Origin: an uncultured Rhizobium sp.
Lineage (GTDB): Bacteria > Pseudomonadota > Alphaproteobacteria > Rickettsiales > UBA1997
Assembly (NCBI GenBank): GCA_964461905.1
Contig: CAYWVI010000002.1
Span: 661-64,660, forward strand
Reading direction: 5' to 3'
Length of the DNA: 64,000 bases
Positions 20,750-27,802 of the stretch are shown here, piece after piece; position 1 is the stretch's first letter, and every line of letters starts with the position of its first letter. The notes below the pieces were generated by a model that was not told the origin of the DNA, searched no databases, and saw only the letters and a list, made by a program, of their open reading frames with translations. The translations under genes and the position numbers were made by a program.

Positions 20750-20764
20750 ATGAGTTTTTCTCAT
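20750..20764. promoter_or_regulatory. candidate LysR box (T-N11-A inverted repeat ATGAG-N5-CTCAT)
   Basis: ATGAGTTTTTCTCAT lies 9 bp upstream of the lysR-family start codon, in the divergent intergenic region. It fits the generic T-N11-A LTTR pattern. Confidence 0.4.
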
Positions 20765-20850
20765 TTGTAGATTAGTTTTATTAGTTTGTCAAAATTTTAG
20801 ACTGTTGTGCAATAAGCAAAAATAAAAACCAATTTAGAGGTGAGTTTCTT

Positions 20851-21066
20851 ATGAAGAAAAATCAAAAAATTATCTTCGCATTTTTTATGTCTTTAACCAT
20901 GACTCTGATTATTTCTGGAGTTTTGTCTCTTATCAATATTGGCCTCAAAATAGATTTTTTTTCAAGTTGGTTAAAATCTTTTTCAATTGTTTTTCCAATC
21001 GCTTTTCCTTCCGCAATTTTCGTAGCACCTTTAGCAAGAAAACTCACCGAAAAAATTTGTAAATAA
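20851..21066 (+). CDS. DUF2798-like small membrane protein
   Basis: 71 aa with two TM segments: FAFFMSLTMTLIISGVLSLIN...FFSSWLKSFSIVFPIAFPSAIFVAPLARKL. This matches my recollection of the DUF2798 pattern. Confidence 0.6.
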   Translation: MKKNQKIIFAFFMSLTMTLIISGVLSLINIGLKIDFFSSWLKSFSIVFPIAFPSAIFVAPLARKLTEKICK

Positions 21067-21068
21067 TT

Positions 21069-21968
21069 ATGAAAAATTATCGCCTTTACCAAATTGATTC
21101 CTTTACCAAAGAAAAGTTCAGCGGTAATCCAGCATCAGTTGTAACTAATGCCGACGGCTTAACTGAAAAACAAATGCAACAGATTGCCCGCGAGCTAAAT
21201 AACTCAGAAACAGCATTTGTTTTTTCAGCAACAAATTCTGACCATGATGTTTGGGTAAGATTTTTTACTCCCACTTGTGAAGTGCCAATTTGCGGACATG
21301 CAACAATTGCAGCACACTACGCCAGAGCGATTGAACTTAATCTTGATAGTTGCAAATTAGTGCAAAAAACTGGTGCCGGTAATTTAGCTGTTGAGTTGGT
21401 CAAAGAAGGTGATGATTACCAAATTATTATGACGCAGGGAAATTACACTTCGCAGCCAATTGATAAATTTTTTCAACTCAAAATTCTGCAAGCTCTGGGA
21501 ATTTTAGAAGATGATTATGACCAAAAATGCCCAATTGAAATTGCTTCAACCGGACATTCAAAAGTGATGATTGCAATTAAATCGAAAAAACTTTTAAACA
21601 ATCTAAAGCCAGATTTGCCAGCTCTTAGCGAGTTAAGTAAAAAAATTGGCTGCAATGGTTATTATGTTTTTACCTTTGATTCCAAAGATCCGACCATTCT
21701 GGTTTGTGGTAGAATGTTTGCTCCTGCAATTGGCATAAATGAAGATCCTGTAACTGGAAATGCAAACGGTCCGCTTGGTGCTTATTTAATCGATCATTCG
21801 CTTGTAAAGCATGATGGACAATATTTTTCTTTTAAAGCTGAGCAAGGAGAGGCAATAGATCGCAAAGGTGTTGTAGAAGTGATGGTTGATATCGAAAATA
21901 ACAAGCCACAAAAAGTAAGAATAAAAGGAGACGCGGTGATTGTTTTTAGGTCAGAAATTCACTTATAA
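21069..21968 (+). CDS. PhzF-family isomerase/epimerase-like protein
   Basis: 299 aa with an FTKEKFSGNPASVV start, SETAFV, the CGHATIAA catalytic-region pattern and EDPVTGNANGPLGAYL. Confidence 0.85.
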   Translation: MKNYRLYQIDSFTKEKFSGNPASVVTNADGLTEKQMQQIARELNNSETAFVFSATNSDHDVWVRFFTPTCEVPICGHATIAAHYARAIELNLDSCKLVQKTGAGNLAVELVKEGDDYQIIMTQGNYTSQPIDKFFQLKILQALGILEDDYDQKCPIEIASTGHSKVMIAIKSKKLLNNLKPDLPALSELSKKIGCNGYYVFTFDSKDPTILVCGRMFAPAIGINEDPVTGNANGPLGAYLIDHSLVKHDGQYFSFKAEQGEAIDRKGVVEVMVDIENNKPQKVRIKGDAVIVFRSEIHL

Positions 21969-22011
21969 TTTGCTGAGATTTTTAGTGATTTTTTGAGTTA
22001 GAAATTAACAA

Positions 22012-22213
22012 AAAAACCGCGGTAAACATGACGCGCGCTTGTGGGGAAGATGTGCACCTTGGAGAAAAAAGTTTGCAGTGAGAAATGGCGGTTCATAACC
22101 CCCAACTTGCTAAATTTTCTCCAATAGGTCGTCGAATCACTATTTGAGAGGTGTCACCATGTACACCGAAAATTTTGCAGTTGTATAAATGCTTGTTCAC
22201 ATCCTCCCTTTTG
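22012..22213 (-). ncRNA. candidate structured RNA / structured 3' UTR of the three-gene operon
   Basis: Visibly GC-richer than its surroundings, with no ORF. There is a perfect 10-bp helix (TTGGAGAAAA 22059-22068 with TTTTCTCCAA 22116-22125) stacked on an imperfect ~16-bp helix (22041-22058 with 22151-22168). On the minus strand it ends with CGCG-N10-CGCG-G-T7 (~22012-22040). Confidence 0.3.
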
Positions 22214-22891
22214 CTAACTATTTTTTTGTACGTCGGAATAATCATACTTTTTTCTAATCATTAGTAAAATTTCTTCCCAAGCTAGCATATTAATTTTTGC
22301 CTCTTCGTATAAAAATTTACGCCTCAAAGCTGAGGTTGTTTCATATTCAGCATCATCGTCTTGATCATCTTCATATCTTTTGCCGATTATTATTCCGCCG
22401 ATCTTTACGCAACATCCCGAGTAAGATAAATCATTCATTTGTTGTTTAAAAAGATCTCCACAACTAGTTAAATAGTGCACATATTCTATCATTTGCGTTT
22501 CTGCCTCAATTAAATCATAGCTAGGAAGGTATCTTGATGAGTTTTTAGGCTTAATAAAGATTGGTAATTTAGGAGATTTGCATTCGTAAACTACTACATA
22601 CTTTTGAGATGCTGATAGGTTTGTTCCTGTTATCGGTTTTAGTGAATTCTTAAAATTATCGGATTTTTTTGAACCACACAAAATAATGTCAGCTCTTTTA
22701 CCATCTAAACTAGTTGTGACCTCAAATAAGACAGCATTTAGTTCTAAATTATGAAGATCCGCCAAAACTTCTGCAAAATCGAGAAACTGATCGCGACAAT
22801 TATTCTCGTTACCAGTGTCCACTAATTTTTTAAGTTCTAGAAATTTTTCTTTAGATGGTCGTAGATCTTTTAATATTTTTTTACTCATCAC
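22214..22891 (-). CDS. stand-alone Shedu-type (DUF4263-like) PD-(D/E)xK nuclease domain protein
   Basis: 225 aa with the ordered motifs KRAD68IILCG, YVVVYE103CK105SP, EAETQ133MIEY, GGIIIGKR and LAWEEILLMI. The start overlaps the upstream ORF by 4 nt (ATGA). Confidence 0.6.
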   Translation of the reverse strand: MMSKKILKDLRPSKEKFLELKKLVDTGNENNCRDQFLDFAEVLADLHNLELNAVLFEVTTSLDGKRADIILCGSKKSDNFKNSLKPITGTNLSASQKYVVVYECKSPKLPIFIKPKNSSRYLPSYDLIEAETQMIEYVHYLTSCGDLFKQQMNDLSYSGCCVKIGGIIIGKRYEDDQDDDAEYETTSALRRKFLYEEAKINMLAWEEILLMIRKKYDYSDVQKNS

Positions 22892-23478
22892 TCTGCACCT
22901 ATATATTTTGGTTGCAGATCAGGATTTAGCTGAATGAGGTTTCCGCTATTTAAATCTTTGAATAAAAAGCTGTTACCATCAAAGTATATATAACGAGAAA
23001 GATTTTTTTGAGAGAAATAATTGTTAAGTTGCTTTATTTGATCAGCGGTCAAAATCTGCTGGTATGCCATGGTCTCATATAGAAAAAAACGACCAAAGCT
23101 TTTATGTTCAAAATTTGCACCAATTTTGTAAAGTGAGTGGAAATAGTTACTACTGGGTTCTACATTAGTTAGTTTTTCCGCTACTTTATTATCCCCTAAC
23201 CATATCTCTAGCTTCACAGTTCTTTCATAAGAACACAGGAAGTAGATCGGTATATTTTTATCATTCGGAACCTCTATCGATATAAAATCAACAAGCTCAT
23301 TGTTGTTAATAAGTCCAAGATCATCTGCTTTTGGTATTCCAAAAAATACCGAACCATTTTTAACGAATGCCGACAATAAAAGGCCATCTTCTCCATAAGA
23401 AAAAATATACTCTTCGTCTTTATAAGATGATTGTATGTTTAAGTGAAAAACTAATGTAATTTCTTTTACTTTTTCCAT
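22888..23478 (-). CDS. LamG/ConA-like beta-sandwich protein (putative sensor or partner subunit)
   Basis: 196 aa with a beta-rich pattern (ITLVFHLNI, YIFSYGEDGLLLSAFVKNGSVFFGI). The core ends in GRFFLYETMAYQQILTADQIKQLNNYF, resembling the Laminin_G_3 terminal signature IDEVRIYNRALSxxEIxxLY. Confidence 0.45.
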   Translation of the reverse strand: MEKVKEITLVFHLNIQSSYKDEEYIFSYGEDGLLLSAFVKNGSVFFGIPKADDLGLINNNELVDFISIEVPNDKNIPIYFLCSYERTVKLEIWLGDNKVAEKLTNVEPSSNYFHSLYKIGANFEHKSFGRFFLYETMAYQQILTADQIKQLNNYFSQKNLSRYIYFDGNSFLFKDLNSGNLIQLNPDLQPKYIGAE

Positions 23479-23507
23479 TCTAAATTTTTTTCTAATGTTT
23501 TTATTAT

Positions 23508-24377
23508 CTAACTTATTTTTCCCTCACAAACTCTCTTTGTAATTTCCAACAGCTTCTTTACATCCTTTTCCAAGATCTCTAAAGCTTCTTTGGAAATTAT
23601 ATATTTTGGATCATACCTACCACCGATGTAAGCATATTCTAAAAGTTTAAAGCGTTCTTTTTCTTCTTCAGTTTCTCGTATAAACAAGCTTCGTAATTCA
23701 GGAAAATATTCTTCGCACTCCTTGCCAAGAATTGCTAAAAAATGCTCGTTAGGATTATAAAGAGTAAAAACTAAAAGGATCGTTTTGTAGGCTGCTTCTG
23801 CTGATTGGTGAAGATTAAAGGCTGCGATTGATAGATATTTAGGATTCTCTAAGTGTTTGTTTTTGTTAATTTCGTAGTTTTCAAAGAATGCTTTTGCATC
23901 AAAGAACCAATGTTCAAAATATTCTTTTTGAAATTTTTTAATTTCTTCATCACTTAAATTTCTACGATCAGCGAAGCTAAAATTGCCAGCATCAAAAATA
24001 GTAATCCCTTCTTCAGTAATGTCAGAGTAAAAATATTGGCCAACTGAAAGCTTATTGTTTAGCTCCTCAATATCATGCGTTAAAATTCTTGGATCAGCGC
24101 TCAGTTTTAAGTTTCGACATTTTTCACCAATATCATGCCAAAGATTTGTATCAAGTGCGGTGATGGCATCGCGGGTTACAACCAAAACATCATAGTCAGA
24201 AACATGACCAGATTTTCTGTCTTCAGCTAAATCTTTCTTTTCTTTGTAATCTCCGCGAGCGTAAGAACCAAATAGGATAATCTTTTCAACATCTTTGCAG
24301 TTATCACGAATTGTGGCGATGATTTTTGTTATCTCATCTTGTTTAAGTTGAGGCAGGTGTTTTAAGGATTTTTTCAT
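23508..24377 (-). CDS. fused minimal nucleotidyltransferase (MNT) - HEPN domain protein
   Basis: 289 aa. The N-terminus has the Pol-beta NTase motif ILFGSYARGD...SDYDVLVV. The C-terminal helical domain carries LEYAYIGGRYDPKY (PF05168-type HEPN signature), and no Rx4-6H motif was seen. Confidence 0.75.
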   Translation of the reverse strand: MKKSLKHLPQLKQDEITKIIATIRDNCKDVEKIILFGSYARGDYKEKKDLAEDRKSGHVSDYDVLVVTRDAITALDTNLWHDIGEKCRNLKLSADPRILTHDIEELNNKLSVGQYFYSDITEEGITIFDAGNFSFADRRNLSDEEIKKFQKEYFEHWFFDAKAFFENYEINKNKHLENPKYLSIAAFNLHQSAEAAYKTILLVFTLYNPNEHFLAILGKECEEYFPELRSLFIRETEEEKERFKLLEYAYIGGRYDPKYIISKEALEILEKDVKKLLEITKRVCEGKIS

Positions 24378-24756
24378 TCATCTTTTTTGTAATTAATAAT
24401 CTGAAAAAAATTATCAGAAACGATCAAAAAAACAACTTTTCATAACAAAGAAACAAATTTTGGTTGAGTTATCGGCAAAAAAAGAAGCAGATTCAGCGAT
24501 TAAAATTTTTAGATCTCCAAATCTCCATTTCACGTTCACCGAATTTTGATCACCAATATCAAGCATCTTCAGAGATCACTTACAAAAACTATCTCTTATT
24601 TTCTCCATTTTCTTACCACAAACAGCAAATTTCTGAAAATTAAAAGCGGTAAAAAAGTTAGTAAAAGGGGGTGTTTCCTGCTGCGAATAGTGCGAATTTT
24701 ATTTTTGCTTCAATTTTTTTTCGGTGCACATCGTGCTAGAGCGGTGCGGATGATCC

Positions 24757-24786
24757 ATACCGAGAGTTCGAATCTCAGATGGTGAT
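24757..24786 (+). pseudogene. tRNA-Ser-derived fragment (variable-arm end plus T-arm), inverted relative to the intact tRNA-Ser
   Basis: CGAGAGTTCGAATCTC (24761-24776) is identical to 16 nt of the neighbouring tRNA-Ser T-arm, and the preceding ATAC also matches with a 1-nt indel. The distal T-stem, acceptor stem and CCA are missing. Confidence 0.5.
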
Positions 24787-24834
24787 ATTTTGAAAAGCGG
24801 TCTGAAGCCTTTCTGAGGTAAGACTAAGGCAGTT

Positions 24835-24924
24835 TGGCGGAAGGAGAGAGATTCGAACTCTCGTATAGTTTTACCCATAACACGCTTTCCAAGCGTGCGC
24901 CTTAAGCCACTCGGCCATCCTTCC
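24835..24924 (-). tRNA. tRNA-Ser (anticodon GGA), CCA encoded
   Basis: The sense strand GGAAGGATGGCCGAGTGGCTTAAGGCGCACGCTTGGAAAGCGTGTTATGGGTAAAACTATACGAGAGTTCGAATCTCTCTCCTTCCGCCA folds by hand. It gives a 7-bp acceptor stem, anticodon loop TTGGAAA, a long variable arm and a GAGAG/CTCTC T-stem. Confidence 0.93.
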
Positions 24925-24988
24925 AAATAAGCTCTTTTTTTTCTCCTTAAACTCCAAACCAAAACTCCTAAAATCCTATCTTGCAAAT

Positions 24989-25069
24989 TTCTGGATCCCC
25001 GCCTGCGCGGGGATGACGTTGTAAGTGTGATGTTTAAGCGGTCATCCCCGCGCAGGCGGGGATCCAGAA
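24989..25069. repeat. perfect 29-bp inverted repeat (23-nt spacer); each arm contains its own GC hairpin and resembles a type I-E CRISPR repeat
   Basis: Left arm TTCTGGATCCCCGCCTGCGCGGGGATGAC (24989-25017) is the exact reverse complement of right arm GTCATCCCCGCGCAGGCGGGGATCCAGAA (25041-25069). Each arm contains the internal palindrome ATCCCCGC-NNNN-GCGGGGAT. Confidence 0.95.
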
Positions 25070-25108
25070 GATTGCACAAAACAGAGATGCTATGCACCAA
25101 AACACAAA

Positions 25109-26857
25109 CTAAGCCTTAACCTCTTTCTCCAATTTTCTTGTAATAACCCATTGTTGCAAAATTGATAAGCTATTGCTCCAAGTCCAGTAAATTAATAGCC
25201 CTGCGGGGAAAGCAGCTAGAACAAAAGTTAAAACATAAGGCATCCATTTCATAACTTTTGCTTGAACTGGGTCGCCGCTTGCTGGGCTTAATTTTTGCTG
25301 AATAACCATGGTTGCACCCATTAAAATTGGCCATAGGCCTATTGTGAATGTTGAGCTAACTTCAAATGGCAACAATCCAAACAAGTTGAAAATTGAAGTT
25401 GGATCTGGCGCAGAAAGATCGTGAATCCAGCCATAAAACGGCGCTTGGCGCATGTCCAAAGTGACAAACAAAACTTTGTAAAGAGAAAAGAAAATTGGAA
25501 TTTGAATTAAAATTGGCAAACAGCCTGATGCTGGATTAATTTTTTCTTTTTTATAAAGCTCCATCATCTCACGATTCATGGCGATTTTATCGTCTTTTAA
25601 ACGCTCACGCAAAGCCATTATTTTTGGCTGCAATTGCTTCATTTTGCCAATTGCGGCGTAAGATTTATTCGCCATTGGGAACAATGCTAGCTTCACTAAA
25701 ACCGTCATTGCTAAAATTGCTAAACCAAAATTTCCTAAAAAGTTCGATAGATATTCAATAACAAAAAAGAACGGTTTGGTTAAAAAATAAAACCAACCAA
25801 AATCAACAGCTCGATCAAAAAGTTTGGCATCATATTCTTTCGCATATTGATCAAGAAGCCTTACTTTTTTTGCTCCTGCAAAAAGATGATGATCAAAATT
25901 TAAAGATTCTCCTGCAGCAATTCGATATTCTTGACCAATAAATTCAGAGTTAAAAAAGCTATTTTGATTAGAAAAATCGTGTTTGAAATTTGCTTTAAAT
26001 TTCAAACTTTTATCCGGAAGAATTGAAGATAACCAATATTTATCAGTAATTCCAAGCCATCCGCCAGTTTCTGAAGAATATTCAAAACGACGTTCTTCAA
26101 TCAAATTTTTGTAGGTTTCTTCTTGCAAAACATTGTTGAAAACGCCAATTGCACCTTCATGCAAAATAAAATTTGGCTTTTGAACGCCATTTAACACACG
26201 ATTAACACGCCCGTAACTTGCAACTGAAATTTCTTTACCAGAGCTATTTTTTACCAATTGAGTTACGCTAAACATGTAATTTTCATCAAGTGCGATCTTA
26301 ATTAAAAACTCAATATTTTGAGGATTTTTCCAAGAAAGAGTAACGGGATTTTCTGGAGTTAGCTCTTTGCCATCGCTTTTCCACAAAGTTTCTGGATTTG
26401 GCAAAGCAAGATCACGAGATGAACTTACCCAACCAAAATCAGCAAAATATCTTTCTTTGCTTTCTGAAGGAGCAAATAAAACAACCTCATCTTTTTTATC
26501 ACTTTTCACAAAATATTTTGCCAAAGTTAGATCATCAAAACGCGCACCTTTTAAAGAAATAGAACCATGCAAACTGTCGCTTTTGATTTTCACACGATTT
26601 TCTTGGCTTTGACTCAAAATGCTTTTGCGATCTTTTAAAGTTAGAATTGCTTCAGATCCTTTTTCTGCTGCCGAAGCAAGTATAGAAGAATCTTGTGATA
26701 ATTGTTCCTCTATTAATTTTTCTTTGTTTTGTTCGGCGATTAATTTTTTTTGCGTTTCAATTTTTTCCATTCTTGGGGCTTCATAAAGCCATGTCCAAGA
26801 TAATAAAATCATAGCAGAAAGTATGGTGGCTATTAAGATATTTTTGTTATTTTGCAT
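25109..26857 (-). CDS. yidC: membrane protein insertase YidC
   Basis: 582 aa with an N-terminal TM segment, a large periplasmic P1 domain, and a C-terminal 60-kDa IMP core (GCLPILIQIPIFFSLY, WIHDLSAPDP). Confidence 0.93.
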   Translation of the reverse strand: MQNNKNILIATILSAMILLSWTWLYEAPRMEKIETQKKLIAEQNKEKLIEEQLSQDSSILASAAEKGSEAILTLKDRKSILSQSQENRVKIKSDSLHGSISLKGARFDDLTLAKYFVKSDKKDEVVLFAPSESKERYFADFGWVSSSRDLALPNPETLWKSDGKELTPENPVTLSWKNPQNIEFLIKIALDENYMFSVTQLVKNSSGKEISVASYGRVNRVLNGVQKPNFILHEGAIGVFNNVLQEETYKNLIEERRFEYSSETGGWLGITDKYWLSSILPDKSLKFKANFKHDFSNQNSFFNSEFIGQEYRIAAGESLNFDHHLFAGAKKVRLLDQYAKEYDAKLFDRAVDFGWFYFLTKPFFFVIEYLSNFLGNFGLAILAMTVLVKLALFPMANKSYAAIGKMKQLQPKIMALRERLKDDKIAMNREMMELYKKEKINPASGCLPILIQIPIFFSLYKVLFVTLDMRQAPFYGWIHDLSAPDPTSIFNLFGLLPFEVSSTFTIGLWPILMGATMVIQQKLSPASGDPVQAKVMKWMPYVLTFVLAAFPAGLLIYWTWSNSLSILQQWVITRKLEKEVKA

Positions 26858-26862
26858 GTGAT

Positions 26863-27237
26863 TTAAGCGATGAAGAATTTAGTTTCTAGGTCGTGATGAA
26901 GGTCGTTCATCCAAGATTTATTTTTGGTTTTGTAAGTTTTTAGTTTTGCTGATTTTTTATGAACTAAAATAATATTCTTAATAGTTGATTTGCTATTTTT
27001 AGAAGAATCTTTAAGCAAACAAAAATCTGATTTTTTCATTCCAAATTTTTTTAGCTCTTGTTCAAAAGATTTTAGTTCACTTTCACAAATCATTTCTAAT
27101 TTTTTGATCTTTCCATCAATTGCCCATGCAGGCGCAATTCCTTTTTCTTCTAAATCTCGCACTAACTCTCGGATAAGAATTTTATTACTTTCTTTAATGC
27201 CTTCTGCGGTTTTTTTCAGAATCTCTTCATTACGCAT
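26863..27237 (-). CDS. hypothetical protein, possible partner of the upstream zeta-like ATPase
   Basis: 124-aa charged, helical ORF. Its ATG overlaps the upstream stop (ATGCGTAA), and its stop lies 5 nt before yidC. No recognisable family. Confidence 0.45.
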   Translation of the reverse strand: MRNEEILKKTAEGIKESNKILIRELVRDLEEKGIAPAWAIDGKIKKLEMICESELKSFEQELKKFGMKKSDFCLLKDSSKNSKSTIKNIILVHKKSAKLKTYKTKNKSWMNDLHHDLETKFFIA

Positions 27238-27802
27238 AGATTTTTTTCCAAAGATTTTGGTTAATAACCGTTAGTTTAGTTTTGTTTTTTTTAGCAATCT
27301 CAATTAGTTCTAAGCCGCTTGCCTCATAGATAGAGGCTGTATCTACAACTTGCAGATAATCTTTTAAATTTTTCAGACCGCTTTCAAACCTTCTGCTAAT
27401 AACATTTTCTTCAATGTTATGCCCGCCTTTGCTAACTCTATTTTTAACCCTTATTTTTGCAAGCTCGCTGCTTTGCAATACTAAAAATATTAAATTTACT
27501 TTGTAACCTTGCGCTTTTGCTTTTGCAATTAAACTTAAGTAACTCCTAGCTGAAAGCGTTGTTTCAAAAGCAAAATTTATTTTTTCTTTAAGCAAAAAAT
27601 CCATTCTTTTTAACATTAAACGACCCGCCTGAATTGCAGATTTTTCAGGACTTTCTGGCGAAAGAATTTTAGCAATCTCATCAGCATTTACAAATTCATT
27701 ACTGCTAAGAAAACTTGGCAAAAGCATAATTCGTGCAAGCGAGCTTTTTCCAGCTCCGTTTGGACCTGCAATAATATGAATTTGCCTTTTATTAGATGCC
27801 AT
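27230..27802 (-). CDS. zeta-toxin-like P-loop kinase/ATPase (COG4185-type)
   Basis: 190 aa with Walker A GPNGAGKSS, NADEIA, FAFETTLSARSY, a YKVNLIFLVL Walker-B-like strand and RVSKGGHNIEENVISRRF. This matches my recollection of the zeta/COG4185 family pattern. Confidence 0.65.
   Translation of the reverse strand: MASNKRQIHIIAGPNGAGKSSLARIMLLPSFLSSNEFVNADEIAKILSPESPEKSAIQAGRLMLKRMDFLLKEKINFAFETTLSARSYLSLIAKAKAQGYKVNLIFLVLQSSELAKIRVKNRVSKGGHNIEENVISRRFESGLKNLKDYLQVVDTASIYEASGLELIEIAKKNKTKLTVINQNLWKKIYA

Noticed and set aside
20862-21092. 76-aa minus-strand ORF opposite the DUF2798-like gene
   Set aside because: The plus-strand product has two clean TM helices and a family-like pattern, and it sits in operon position ahead of phzF. 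The minus-strand product is hydrophilic and featureless.
24660-24834. A tmRNA (one-piece or permuted two-piece ssrA) explaining the tRNA-like T-arm on the plus strand
   Set aside because: No acceptor stem or CCA follows the T-arm, and no partner strand (CACCATCT) is nearby. The candidate tag frames (ANSANFIFAS..., AKIKFALFAAG...) lack the ANDN...LAA-stop organisation.
24989-25069. A CRISPR array
   Set aside because: There are only two repeat copies. They are inverted rather than direct, the spacer is 23 nt, and no cas genes are in the window. It is kept only as a repeat look-alike finding.
24546-25100. Track ORFs 24546-24785 (+, 79 aa) and 24699-25100 (-, 133 aa)
   Set aside because: They run across the tRNA-Ser gene, the tRNA fragment and the GC-rich inverted repeat. 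The translated arginine/glycine-rich strings come from structured RNA/DNA elements, not from coding sequence.
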